This document shows, one piece after another, positions 52,301-64,000 of a DNA stretch of 64,000 nt. The notes beneath the pieces are model-generated. The model had not been told where the DNA came from and made no database searches. It saw only the letters and a program-made list of their open reading frames with translations. A program made the position numbers and the translations under genes. The stretch comes from Sphagnum compactum (lineage: Eukaryota). The stretch covers positions 33,098,213-33,162,212 of the forward strand of contig OZ234493.1 of NCBI GenBank assembly GCA_965153455.1, in the 5' to 3' direction. Position 1 is the stretch's first letter; the number at the start of each line of letters is the position of its first letter.

Positions 52301-53618
52301 AAAAATAAGTTTAAACAAATTAATAAAACAAACTTTATCTACAAAACTACAAATCAAATACAAGAGAATGTTTTAAAAAATGAAATCAAATAGAAAAAAG
52401 GAGGATTACTTAATGGAATAATTTTTTTATAGATAATATTTTTTTTTTAAAAAAAACTTATAAGTTTTAAAGACAATTCCTTATTTTCTTTCCCTTTCCT
52501 GCAAAATCAAAACAAAAAAAAATTGTATTGTATTGTACAAAAAATTTGAGAAATTAAAGCTAAAAGCAAAAAACTTCAGAAATGATCAAATAAAAAATGA
52601 AAATTTCTTTTTTTAAAAACTTACCTTGTTGTTTGTTGGTTTTTTACTTGTTGCTTGTAGCTCCAAAGACTACCTACAAAATGCAAAGAGGGGGGAAGGA
52701 ATACCATCCAGGTAAACACAAGTAGGGAGTAGTAGTGGGCAAGTGGGAATAACAATAACAAGGGGGGGTAGAGGTACCTTAAAAAAGCGAGGAATAACAA
52801 TGAGAATAACAACGGGTGAAGAAAACAACAAGCGGGGAATAACAATAGGGAACAATGACAAGCGGGGAACAACAACAAATGAAGAGTGGCCACACGTAAA
52901 CGAGAACAACCATGGGTAAACAAAAGCAGGAGCAAGAATAGCGGCATGTAAATGGGAATAGGAGCAACGACGTGCAAGCCAGAGCAAAAACGACACGCTA
53001 GTGGGAGTAGAAATAGTTGCACACAAGAGGGAGCAACTATGTGTAAATGTGAACAAAAACACACAAGCTAAAGTAGCAACACAAGCAAGAGCAAGCGCAA
53101 AAGAAAAAACACACACACACACACACACGCAACTCACAAATTACAAACCTTTCAAAACAAAACGAAAAACCAAACTAGAACTAAAAATAACACAAAACAT
53201 AAAATAATTAAAAATATTTTTAAAACGAGCAAATAATAATAGAGAATAATTTGTAAATGTAATAGTGAGTAGGAGCAAAGTGGAACCAAGAGAGAGCTTG
53301 GAACCGTTTTATACGTAAACTTAAACTCTAACCCTTAATGTGATGGCCACCTCTTAATTCTTACTTACAATTTAACTAAAATTTTTTGTTCTTACTCTTG
53401 CTTCTTACTTACTATTTGTTAGTATTATTTACTTTTTATTTTTTATTTTTTTACTTTTTACCATGAAAATTGGACCTTTCTCAAAATGTGAGAACCTATT
53501 TGGTTTTCAGATTTGATACCCAGTGAGAACTACCAAGTAGGTTTTAATGATGGTTGTCAATAGTTGATTATCATTGAAAACCAAACTAAAAACTGGTAGG
53601 TGAAACCGCCCAACACTG
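49386..53618 (-). mobile_element. Decayed hAT DNA transposon with pseudogenised transposase (~49720-51960)
   Basis: Minus-strand fragments: BED-like MRCHLCHK...YYKTNGIST, FDLWMSKGAYDIFAL, KIIVYVKDEGANL, CFGHAFSK, KLNTHVKTR, and the hAT dimerisation region NPLQWWEK...LAKQILRI...SQIE. Many stops and frameshifts. Right terminus gaaaccgcccaacactg, left end ttgttaggcggttttc. No TSD found. Confidence 0.85.
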
Positions 53619-54083
53619 GTTATGTCCATTTATGTACTTAACGAGTAATCATCATTTGTGTATGAAGTGTAAAAGAATGTGAACTTCAGGTGTTGTAGCA
53701 ACTCATTTACCTAAATTAAACCAACACAAAAATGATTGAACTTTCCCAATTAGTTCCAATTTTCATCCATTGTCACTAGTGTGGCTACTAGCCCAAATGT
53801 GAACACAACCTTGACAATAATAGAGCTCAATTGTGAAAAATAACAACCAATTATTCTTGAATCAATTTCGAGTGGTGAAAATTATTCAAACTTCAGTATC
53901 TTTCCTCACCTTAGGTCTAAAAATTAGAAAATCGCCTCTAAGAAAATCTCATTCATTGAAAACTTTCAAACAGTTACAAACACTTGCTCCAATTTTTTAA
54001 AATATTTAGTTTTGATTTTGTTGAATTTTTTTGGGGACAAAAATTGTTCAATATTCAATAATGTTTACATTGTAGGTTTAAAC

Positions 54084-57000
54084 CAATGGGGGGCGGGTGC
54101 CAAAAAAATCTCCAAACCCTTGTCGGGTATCAACCCGAGTATGCATAGGTAGAATTGGCGGATGTGAATTTATCAAATAACTACCCCCACCTCATACCCT
54201 AAATTAATCTATGTTAACATACTTGCCCTTGCCTCATACTCGTCATCAATATATGATCTTTCTATATATACCCATACTCGACCCGTGAGGTAAATAAAAG
54301 AAAAGGTATTTGCCAAATACCCAAGTACTTTTGTAGCGTATACTTAGCGGTGGTATATTTTAGGGTTAGGGTTTTAAAAGTTGTGTATTTTACGTTTAGG
54401 GTTAAGTTAGTTTTGTGTTTCATTTTGCATTTCCCCATTCATTTATTCGTTTGTGGTTTTTTAAATCTTGTATCTTATCACCTTCAACAAGCATTTTTGC
54501 AACTTGGCACTTCTAAACGTTGTGTGGTGGATGTTGCGGCACCATCTTATTGATTGCTCAAGGTCTTGCAATCATCAATGTGAGTTTATGAGTTTTCTGG
54601 CAGTGAAAAACAAAAGCTATGTAGCTAGTAGTCAACAATGCAAAAGAAGGTAAGCTTTTCAACCTTCATGCTTGCATTTTATAAAGCTTGTGGGATTAAT
54701 GTAGAGAGTCCCTTTATGTTGTGAAAAAGTAATCTTCAACTTGCTTTTGTTGTGAAAGAACAATCCTCGACTTACTTTTGTTGTGAAAGAACAATCTTCA
54801 ACTTCCTTCAAATCTACGTTGGTTGGTCACGGTTTCTCTTCGGAATGTTGCTAAGGATGATGTTGAGGATGATCCTAGTGTTGATGCATACATATCAAAG
54901 TTGCATTCGACAAATTTGGAGAAACAACATGTAACTTAGAAGCTTTACAATCACAATTTGCCAACGTGGGTTTTTTTTTAGGTGAACAACAACCAACCCA
55001 TAAACCTTTCTCAAAACCAGATACTGCGGTGCATAATATGCCATATTAATGTTGTTGGTCCTGAAATTTTGGCATTACACACCAAGTTACGGAAAGGTTT
55101 TATTCTTTACCACAAGTCAAATGGCATAACATCCATGAAAAAAATGTAAATCTTGAGCACAACACCTTAATTAAGATGTTTTGTCAAAAACAATCTGATG
55201 TGGCTGCCATTATTTCATTGTCCCATGAGCCAGCCAAGAAGCAAATGCATGTGATTCCAAATGCCATATTTGGTTTTTTTTCTTTTACAACCCAATTATA
55301 AAAAAAATGAAACCCAAGTTTGTTTCTTGGAGGATGTGATGTTATTTGTGATCAAGCGTTATTTGCCCATGAAGATTGTTGAGTCCATCTAATTACAGGG
55401 AATGGCATACAGGTTATGCCCAAGAGTGGTTTTTCCTAATTGAAAGTTATTTGTTGATGAGGTGCTTTTTGGATTGGTGGAAAAAACCATGTTTACTTAT
55501 GTGCATCCTGCACTTGCAAATTGTATTTCAGCCACTTGCACCTTTGACTTATGGATGTCAAAAGGTGCGCATAATGTGTTTGCTATTGTTGTTAACTTTT
55601 GGTCCAACAAATGGGAAGCCAAGCACATCACTATCAAACTATTTGAAATGTCTGACACTAGTGGTGCAATTGTGGCTCCAAGGTTATAACAACTTCTAGA
55701 TAAGTTTTCTCTTACCCAAAAGATCCTTGCTTATGTTAAGGATGAGGGTTCTAATATATAGACCTATGCAAACGCTTTGAACTCTGTTGTTTTGTGTGTT
55801 AGCTTGGCTATGTTGGACACTTTTGATGGGTTGTGTTTTGGGCATGCCTTATCAAAGCTTTGCCAATATGCCACTATAGATGAAAAGGTTGCCCAAGGAC
55901 TATCCTATGCATCTATAAAAACTGCCCAAGTTGACATTTAGAAGTGAATTACTTGGCCAAAAAAGTTTGGGAAGGGGAAACTCACATGGGATAAAACTTG
56001 CGTGGATTTTGGCTTGAGGCCCAAAAAACTAAACACACATGTGAAAACAAGGTATGAAAATTGTTTCATGTGTTATTTTTGTTAAATTCATGGGCTGTAA
56101 AAATGGCAAAGATATGAGATCAAAGTATCTAATATAATTGTGTTGTTGCTTACATGTTTGCAAGCCTTGTTTTATTGTTCTAAAATGCACTGACTTTCTG
56201 GAGTGCCATTGCACTCTATTACAATTGGTAGACTATTGCATTATAGAGCCACATATCCTCTCCTTGAACTTGGGTTGTTTGCGAATCTATTGTGAAAGTT
56301 TTTTCACCCATTGTGAGAAGGTGTGTTTTGAACCAAAGTTGAGGGCATTGGCTCATTGGGGATGCCGTCCATTTTATTCTAACTACATGCCGGGAACTTT
56401 GTGATGAACTTTCACATTAGAAGGTGTCCGACAACCTTGCTAAAGAGGAGACAAATGTATTTAATTATGAACTGGAGGAGCTTATTTTTTGTATGAAGCG
56501 CCAAGTGCAAAGGTCTTTCTGCCCTTTATTTCTTTTATGCGTGGTTTTCAAAAAATAAAAGGCCATAACATGTTGGTTTTTATGTTGGATCCTAGGTGCA
56601 AAAATATGCATTTGGTGATTATTTATTTGGGTCGTGAAGCTACTACCACTCTAGTGGCAGATTATGATGAATAGTTGTTGTTGCCTCTACTGTTGGAAGC
56701 TTACAAAGGTTTGTTGCCAAATAAAGGGGATTGTTTGGATGAGTTTGCCTCACTTGTGGATTCTCAGGATCTATTCCAATAGACTAACACAATTGTAAAT
56801 ACCTACAAGGATATTGTATGCCAAAAACTCGATTCGTTCCATTGGTATCCTGTTGATGTAAAAATTTGTTCATGTGTTTTGACATGGTGGCGGGTAGAAG
56901 AGCAAAAGTTTCCAACAATGGTTGCACTTGTAAGATAGATTTTGGGAATCCCAACTAACTAGATTGAGACTCAAAGAATTTTTTCCATTGCTAGAGTCCT

Positions 57001-58545
57001 CACAACACTTAGGATATGTCAAATTCAAATTAACAATTTGGATAAACCAATCTTTGTCCACAAAAATTAGCCATTTAATCCTCCTGTTGGTTGTTTAAAA
57101 CCATCTGATTTGGTAATTGTTTGTGAAGCAAAATCTGACTTGATAGATGAGTTGGATGCTAAATTCATGGATGGAGTGGAACATGAAGAATATGCAAATG
57201 GGGATTTGTAGCTACCAAAAATCTTTCTTTACATGTGAGGACTAGCTGAATAAGAAAATGATGAATTGATTAGATGTGTTAGGGTTTTGTGTAAGCTTTT
57301 CCATGTTTTTAGATTTTGAGGTCCTTAATCTTCATTATCTTTCAATGTGAAACATGGATAGTTTGAAGATTTTGGATTCATGGTTTTTGAGGTTCAATTT
57401 GTGTTGGTTTGCAAAGTTTATAAGTTCTAAACTCTGAACTATTTTGAAAGGTTGTTTGTGTCTTTGAAGATGTGTTGTATGTTGTTTAGTTGTCTTTTTG
57501 TTTGTGTCTTTCAAGGTTACTTTGTGTCTTCCTTTTTAGAGTATGTATGTTTGGGATATTTAGGGTCTGTGTTTTGCTTAGATTAGTCTTTTAGAGTCTA
57601 TATGCAATGACTATGTAGGTATGTTGTTTGTTTTTCTTTCAAGGTCCACTTATTGTTTATATTTTGAGGACTGTTATTTACTATCTGTTTATTTTGAGGA
57701 GTAGATATTTGTTGATTACTTGTTTATCTATTTGTCTTTGAGGGTATATGTATAATATATGTCTATTGTTTGCTTATTTGTTTATTGTCTTTGAAAGTTT
57801 GTTGTATGTTTATTTATTTCTTTACATCATTTAGGGTTATAGGTCGTGTCTATCTTTGAAAGTTAGTATGTGTCTTTGTTTTTGAGGGACTAAGTGAAGG
57901 TGTTAGTCTTTGAGGTCAGTTGGATCAAGCTTTTGATTTTTGGAGCATGTTAGATGAAAGGAACATGGAATACTTTGATACAAAAAATCATATCTAACAA
58001 AACAAACAATCGTTCTAGTTCATGCATGTTGGTTGGACAATAGGATGAGTTCTTATAATTAGGTTTCGAATTTAGAAATATAGAAAAAATCAATGTTATG
58101 CCTTTCCAAATCTCTTTGTTGATAAATTTCTTTCTTTGAACTTTGGATTGTAGTTTCAGAATCCATGAACCCTAAACCCTAAATGTCAATAGGTTTTGTG
58201 AAAGTAAAAAAAATTGAATAGTTCATTTCTAAGAACTAGGTGAAAAATCAAGAGTGATTGTGAGGGTTTTTGTCAAAGAGCTGGAATAATTTAAAAAACT
58301 CAATAGGATATTGGGCAAGATTTTTGATAAAGACCCAAAATTGTATACCTGCCTTCAAATGCATTGAATCCTTTGGACCCGCCTCACACTTGTTGCTCAC
58401 TTACATTTAAAAAACTCGAATTCAACCTATCATTTGAAATTTCTAATTTCTATGGACTTGGACCCGTTGTGGATTTTTTTTTAAATTTTTTTATGAAACC
58501 CGGACTCAACTATTATAAACAAATTTACATACCTACCCCCCACTG
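54084..58545 (+). mobile_element. Full-length but decayed hAT transposon with an 8-bp TSD
   Basis: TIRs CAATGGGGGGCGGGT / ACCTACCCCCCACTG (12 of 15 match) and perfect TSD GTTTAAAC at 54076-54083 and 58546-58553. Transposase remnants at ~54870-57200: RCIICH...YHKSNGITSMKK, CTFDLWMSKGAHNVFA, KILAYVKDEGSN, CFGHALSK, TWPKK, LDPR, WWRVEEQKFP...IETQRIFSIA. In-frame stops and frameshifts. Confidence 0.92.
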
Positions 58546-59555
58546 GTTTAAACATTACCAAACCACCTTGGTGCATTGCTATTCATCAAGGGCTTGTCAA
58601 TGGTATGTAAAGCATTGCTACAAAAAATTTCATAGTGTATTTGAAGGTTCCAATGTAATAATGAGATGAGCATTTCATTTTATGAAATGTTTACCCTTGA
58701 TTTCTAGAAATAAAAATTGGTTGTTCTTTACATTGGGCAACATCCATGGAGTGTTACATTACATGAAAAGCACAATAAGAGGTGTCATGGTTTGGGAAAT
58801 CTCATAGTGACAAACAAACAAACAAAACAAACAAACAACCTTTTCTCAATAGACAAATACCATAGTACCTTTTAAAGTTCAACAATTAAAAAATATTCAA
58901 CAATGGTCTTGAAATTGCTTAAAATACATGCAATAATATACATACTAAAACCCTAAAACTATCTTGTAACAACTTCTTGAATCTTATGAAATTTTGGCAT
59001 CGATAAATAATAGTTTTAAAAAGAAAATTCAGCAAGAAAGGATCTTAATTTTCTAAAATTTTGACATTTAAAAAAATAATATAATTTTTGCCGAACCTAA
59101 AAAGGTACTACAATAGTTTCTTGACTTTTTCCTGAATTTGTTTTTTTGCCTAACTTTTTCCACATACTACTTCCATTTTCATCCATTCTTCAACTTTCCA
59201 AAAAATATAACACATTCAAAAAAAGTTCGTGTTGGATGAAGTTTCCATAAGGGGAAGAAAAGAGCAAGTCACAAAATTTCAAGGATTCTAATGCCAATCA
59301 TAAGTTTTTCTACATCAACAAAATTGAAATTAAAAATTAAAAATTAAAAAAAAATAAAGGAAAAAAGAAAAAACCAATCACCACATATCCTTCATTGAAA
59401 GGCATTTTAATTTCCTGCAAAATTTTAAATTATTATCACATAAAATAATAATAAAATCATGTGTGTTAATGAAAAGCTTTCATGAGGGGCGAAAACTTTT
59501 CCATGTGGGGCACCTTGTCCTTTAACTAGTTGCACCTGTTTGGTGCTTGCCCAAC

Positions 59556-59865
59556 GGGCAGCAGTCGTGTTAGGCATGTACCCGATTTAATGTGGGGTGG
59601 GCAGCAGTCGTGTTTGGCCTCTACCCAATTTTAATGGCGGGTGGGCAGTAGTCGTGTTGGGCATCTACCCGATTTAATGTCGGGTAGGCAGCAGTTAAGT
59701 TATGGGTTCACCGGATTCAATGGCGGGTGGGCAGCAGTCGTGTTGGGCATCCACCCGATTCAATGGCGGGTGGGCAGCAGTCGTGTTAGACATCTACCCG
59801 ATTTAATATCGGGTAGGCAGCAGTTAGGTAAGGGGTTTACCCGATTTAATGGCAGGTGACCCGAT
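59556..59865. repeat. GC-rich minisatellite, 7 copies of a ~43-bp unit
   Basis: gggcagcagtcgtgttgggcatctacccgatttaatggcgggt at about 59556, 59599, 59643, 59686, 59729, 59772 and 59815. Units 4 and 7 are a variant type. Confidence 0.92.
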
Positions 59866-60647
59866 CTAGGGTTTGGCGCTCATCTTCTTCATCTTTCCCC
59901 TAGATGCGCTTTGTTGTCGTCGCAAGGGTATAGATCCATTTCTGCTTCGCTCCCGACGGTGGCTGATTCGTTGGAACTTCTGGCAAGTTATGTTGCGTAT
60001 TGAATTGAGGTATCTTAGTGTTTTTTCTTTTTCTTTTTTCCAGTCACTGTCAATTTGTGCTTTGCAAGAATTTTTTTGAAGCAAACCAGCGAGCGAAGAG
60101 AGAGAGAGGGAAACAAGAGATTTTTGTAAATCCTGGTTGCGTACATTGCACTCATGGCTTACAAGAGATAGCTCATGGTCTCATGTCGGTACAGGAACGA
60201 GAATGGATACGTGATGTTTTTTTTTAATAAAGGGATTGGAAGTTCTGTAGACAAGAGTCTGTATTCGAGCTATTAGGGTTTCGTCTGTGTATGTCCTTCG
60301 CTGTGAGGATTTTTTCTGCGCAGGGTGTGTGTACAGTTCCTGCAGTTTTTGAGGGAAGTTAGAATTAGGATTTGGAAAACTGAGTGAGTGCATACAGAGA
60401 CTTCCAGATTGTGTAGATTTTGGCGACATAGGATTTCAGATGAAGTGAATGAGGGTGTTGAGCATGGGGGGAAAATCTTGTCTTTGTTTGGCTGGAACTG
60501 ACAGAAGGGGTTATATTTGACAGTGTTATTGTAGGATCTTTCCACTGCAATCTCATAATAGAGATGTATTGACATCATGGCTAAGAGTAACAAGTGTGTT
60601 TTGCAATTAGGGCAAGGTGATTTGAGGACTTGAAGAAGACAGCAATC

Positions 60648-61241
60648 ATGATTTCTGCAAGATGGAACTTGGCATTTGGTCCTGTGCTAATGCTGGGAGG
60701 TGCCTTTGTGACAGTGGTTGGTTTGACACTATTATGGGAAGTATGTTTTCTCCTCTTTTTCCCTCCTGAATTCTTCCTCTGGCTTGTAATGGTGAACGTA
60801 AGGTCTACAAGATGAGCAAAATGTGATGATCACAGCTGATATTGCTGTTGGTCATCATCCAATGTGTTTACTCTTACAGAGTGTCACCTCATGTATAGCT
60901 GTAACAACAACATTTTTCCACCTTCTAAACCTTGTCCTGATCTTGGTGTTCACTTCTCCAGCAGCTATCACATCTTAATGAATGTTCCATCTTGCAGAGT
61001 TCATCAACAGCAGAAAAGTGAAGGAACTCAGAGTCATGTGAAGCAGAAATGTGCAGAACTCATTGGGCTTTGGTGCTTGATCTTTTGGTCTAAATCAAGT
61101 ATTAGCAATTGCAGTCTTTTGACTAAGTGTTCACCTTAAGTATTGAGCTGAGTTCACCACCTCAGGTGTCTTTTTTCATTTGACGTTGTGCAGAAAAATT
61201 CCTCCAAGCCGCAAAAGGAAGCACCACAGCAGAGGAAATAA
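60648..61241 (+). CDS. Candidate spliced small membrane protein, 46 aa (MISARWNLAFGPVLMLGGAFVTVVGLTLLWE/KNSSKPQKEAPQQRK)
   Basis: Acceptor ttgcaattag precedes a short leader. ATG 60648 in gcaatcATGa context, exon to 60740 then donor GTATGT, acceptor gttgtgcag, exon 61194-61241 ending TAA. One hydrophobic helix. A telo-box TAGGGTTT near 59867 and a probable 5'UTR intron lie upstream. Confidence 0.6.
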
Positions 61242-63591
61242 TGAATAAAGACAGGCTTAAGATGTGTTTTGGCATCTGCTGAATGTGGTGAACTGGGTTA
61301 GTAAATTATGTTTTCAGTTTTGTTTGAACACCACAGTGTGCATGCCAATTCAACCATGTCCTGTAACAAGTGTCAATTGTTGTCTTTTACAATGTATTTG
61401 ATTGTCCTTGAGGTTCTGTCTTAATGATATCTTGGCTTCCGATATACAGTGTAATTGATGCAAAAAACCAATATGTATGTGATTTACTGTGTGAATATAT
61501 GAAACAGAGGCTAAGATATGGTCTTGAAGAAATTCTGATCTTTGGAAGATGCACACATTGTGGGTCGAGGAGATTTCAGTCTTGTGAGTGGTATTGAATG
61601 CTTTCTCTTACTTATTATCGTCAACATCAGAACTGAGTCTTCCCATTGCTTCTAGAACTGTGACAACCCCAGCACACAGATTTCTATGATTGTATGCTCT
61701 AAGTTTTGAATGGCGGATGATACTGTTCTCTACACTGTGTAAGGAGAGATCAGCTCTAATTGATATGCTTTATGTAATAGTAAAGCACACTGATGGTATT
61801 TTCTACTGTAGTTGCAGGTCACCTTGAATGGGTGAACCTGCCTTGCACAAGGTGGCCCCCATATGGAGGCACCTGATTATGCACAGACGGGGCTGCCTCA
61901 TTCTTTACACATGGTAGTGCAATAACAGTAGGGCATTACAACCTGGATCTTGGGCTCTGCCCTCAGTTCACTGGGTGTAATGTCCTGCTGTAATGTCAGG
62001 GCATTACCCTACACAATGGTGGTGTAACAAGGATCACACCTTACACATCAGGCTCATGCATATGAGGAGCATTATGATTTGTAAGCTATTTTCTAGTGTC
62101 AATTTGTATCCAAATCTTCATACCATACCCAACACCGAGGCATCTACAAGATTGTCATAGGAACTTGCAGATTTACTAAGGTCCCCATACCCAGGATGTG
62201 GCATAGGTACTTATAAGATCCCTATGCTAACTTTGTGTTGTGGGACCTTCAGATCTCAAAATCAGGTGCTTGCAATGTTGAAAGTTTTGGAAATTTGGTT
62301 GACATTATTATTGGTTGCTTTGCCCTAAAGCTTTGGTGGTGCAGTGTGCCTAAGAAGTACAAAATTAATTGGCATTTTTTTGCCCATTTCAATTGTGAGA
62401 ATTTTAGGAAATTTTTATGTTTACTACTGAATTGAAAAAACAATAATAATAATAATAGTATCATCAAGAATGTGTTGGAATGGTAAGGTACTATGATAAT
62501 GATTATTTAAAGTTCAATTATGTTGTTGATTATATGATTGTTGAGGGTGAAACTTCAAACACCCCAATTTGGTTTTGTTGTGTATTTCATGATAACTTTG
62601 CCAATTATTATCCCATGGTGAATCCATGCAAAAAGCATCACAATTTGACATGTGTACACATTATTATCACTCTTATAAGAACCACACATAAACACAACTT
62701 TCCTCCATTAAAAAATAACCAAATCCTTCAAAACAATGTTCATCTCTCTTTCAAAACATTCACTGTTGCACAAAAGTTCTCTCGCAAACCACCCGACTCC
62801 TTTTTCAAAGCATCATCTTTTTCCTTCAAGTCATTTGACATTAAGAAGTTGTGGGTTGAACATTTTGGGTCACGGAAAATTAAGGGTCAAAACCTAACCT
62901 TGCCTCCATTTATTACTAACATCATGTATACTCAAAGGTGAAAAAGTGTTAATAAAAATATCTCTTAATCAACGATGATTCAAGATAATCAATCCACCAA
63001 CCAAGTGGATATTTGAGATAATTGATTATTGTAAGTAGATAATTGAAAGATAATCAACTTTTGAACCCCCTATTGTCGATTACAAAACAAAAATGATCCT
63101 TCAAACTTTGTGTCTGAAGCTTAGCACCAATAGATAGAGAAATAAAGAACAACACAAAACAAGGTGAAAGAAAAGGATGCATTAAAACTACCTCTCTTAC
63201 CAAAAGAGGAGAGAGCTCAACGCAATTCTTGAAAATTTGCATTTTGGTACTTTGATAATGGCATTGTTCAATAAGGCTCAAGAAGGGACTGTGTCATCCC
63301 TGTTGTAGTATCATGGTGGATAAAAGGAAAGAACATTACCATTTGATGCACCAATATCATAATCATTAGGGTAGAACCGCCCTTCACTACACACATACCT
63401 ATCACCAAAAACTTTCCAATATTTTCCTAATTGATTAGCCAAATTGAGCAATTTTTGTGTCATTGGATGCACAGACTGGAGAGCTACAAAAGGAGGAACA
63501 CAGAAAACACAGGAAGAGGATGCGTGTTAGTATGCTTCAATTTTTTTGGAAAAAAAAAAGTTCTAAATCCCTCTCTAGTTCCAGCCCCAAT

Positions 63592-63773
63592 ATTAGAGGT
63601 GGATCAGTTTTAGCTAAAATACATCTGGAACGGATTGGAAGTTTTGTATGAGGTCATGGAACAAGCTGCTGACTCCACTTCTTTTGACTGTAAACACTTC
63701 CAGGTTTTTTCTCTAGTTTTGGCCCCATACCCAGTCCCACATGTATTTCAGCTAAAACTGATCCTCATCTAAT
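63592..63773 (-). ncRNA. MIRNA-like or MITE-derived foldback hairpin
   Basis: Arms 63592-63631 and 63734-63773 are reverse complements at 35 of 40 positions. Two of the mismatches become G:U pairs on the minus strand. Loop ~100 nt. Confidence 0.4.
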
Positions 63774-64000
63774 GTCCTGCTGATTGTACTCCTCTCACTT
63801 GTGTTGCAACTTTAAGTAAAAACATGTAGGAAGAAAGTGACAAAGTCTTACAGCTTAGTGCTCAGTTAACCTTTCGGTTTTCCTTCCTCACTGAGCCGAT
63901 GACTCTCACAAATAACTCTTTTCTTCTCCCAGAATTGCTCAAACATGATGCATAAATATAACAACAGAAACAAGTTAGTAGTGGCAGACCTTGGCCACAA

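Noticed and set aside
52621-53207. Hydrophobic 147-155 aa ORFs
   Set aside because: Translations of low-complexity purine-rich repeats in the hAT subterminal region.
59556-59865. CRISPR-like array, or the coding ORF 59641-59859
   Set aside because: Whole units are homologous, so there are no spacers. The ORF is a by-product of the GC-rich repeat.
62480-62941. 153-aa plus-strand ORF
   Set aside because: AT-rich, no recognisable domain or splice context; likely chance or decayed TE sequence.

Overview
Eukaryotic, intron-rich plant genomic DNA. The repeat families and the SSR-rich gene style suggest a bryophyte, probably Sphagnum peat moss (inference from recall, not a search). Gene islands alternate with very AT-rich blocks of decayed transposons. 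Six genes were reconstructed by hand: (1) a 9-exon nucellin/APCB1-like A1 aspartic protease (-, 3103-9227) whose second catalytic motif is DTA rather than D[ST]G; (2) an essentially intronless flavin-containing monooxygenase with a C-terminal DUF6314-like domain (-, 25159-27444), an architecture I associate with fungi, making it a horizontal-transfer candidate; (3) ARMC7 (+, 28075-31692), head-to-head with the FMO; (4) a DUF212 acid phosphatase/vanadium haloperoxidase-related gene (-, 33314-35970); (5) a UDP-rhamnose/UDP-galactose transporter (+, 46240-48948); (6) a candidate spliced 46-aa single-TM microprotein (+, 60648-61241). Mobile DNA comprises two decayed hAT elements (one with a perfect 8-bp TSD), hAT and Tourist MITEs, CACTA termini and a GC-rich non-autonomous Helitron carrying an LTR-like fragment. 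There are also several minisatellites and two hairpins, one of them MIRNA-like (63592-63773).
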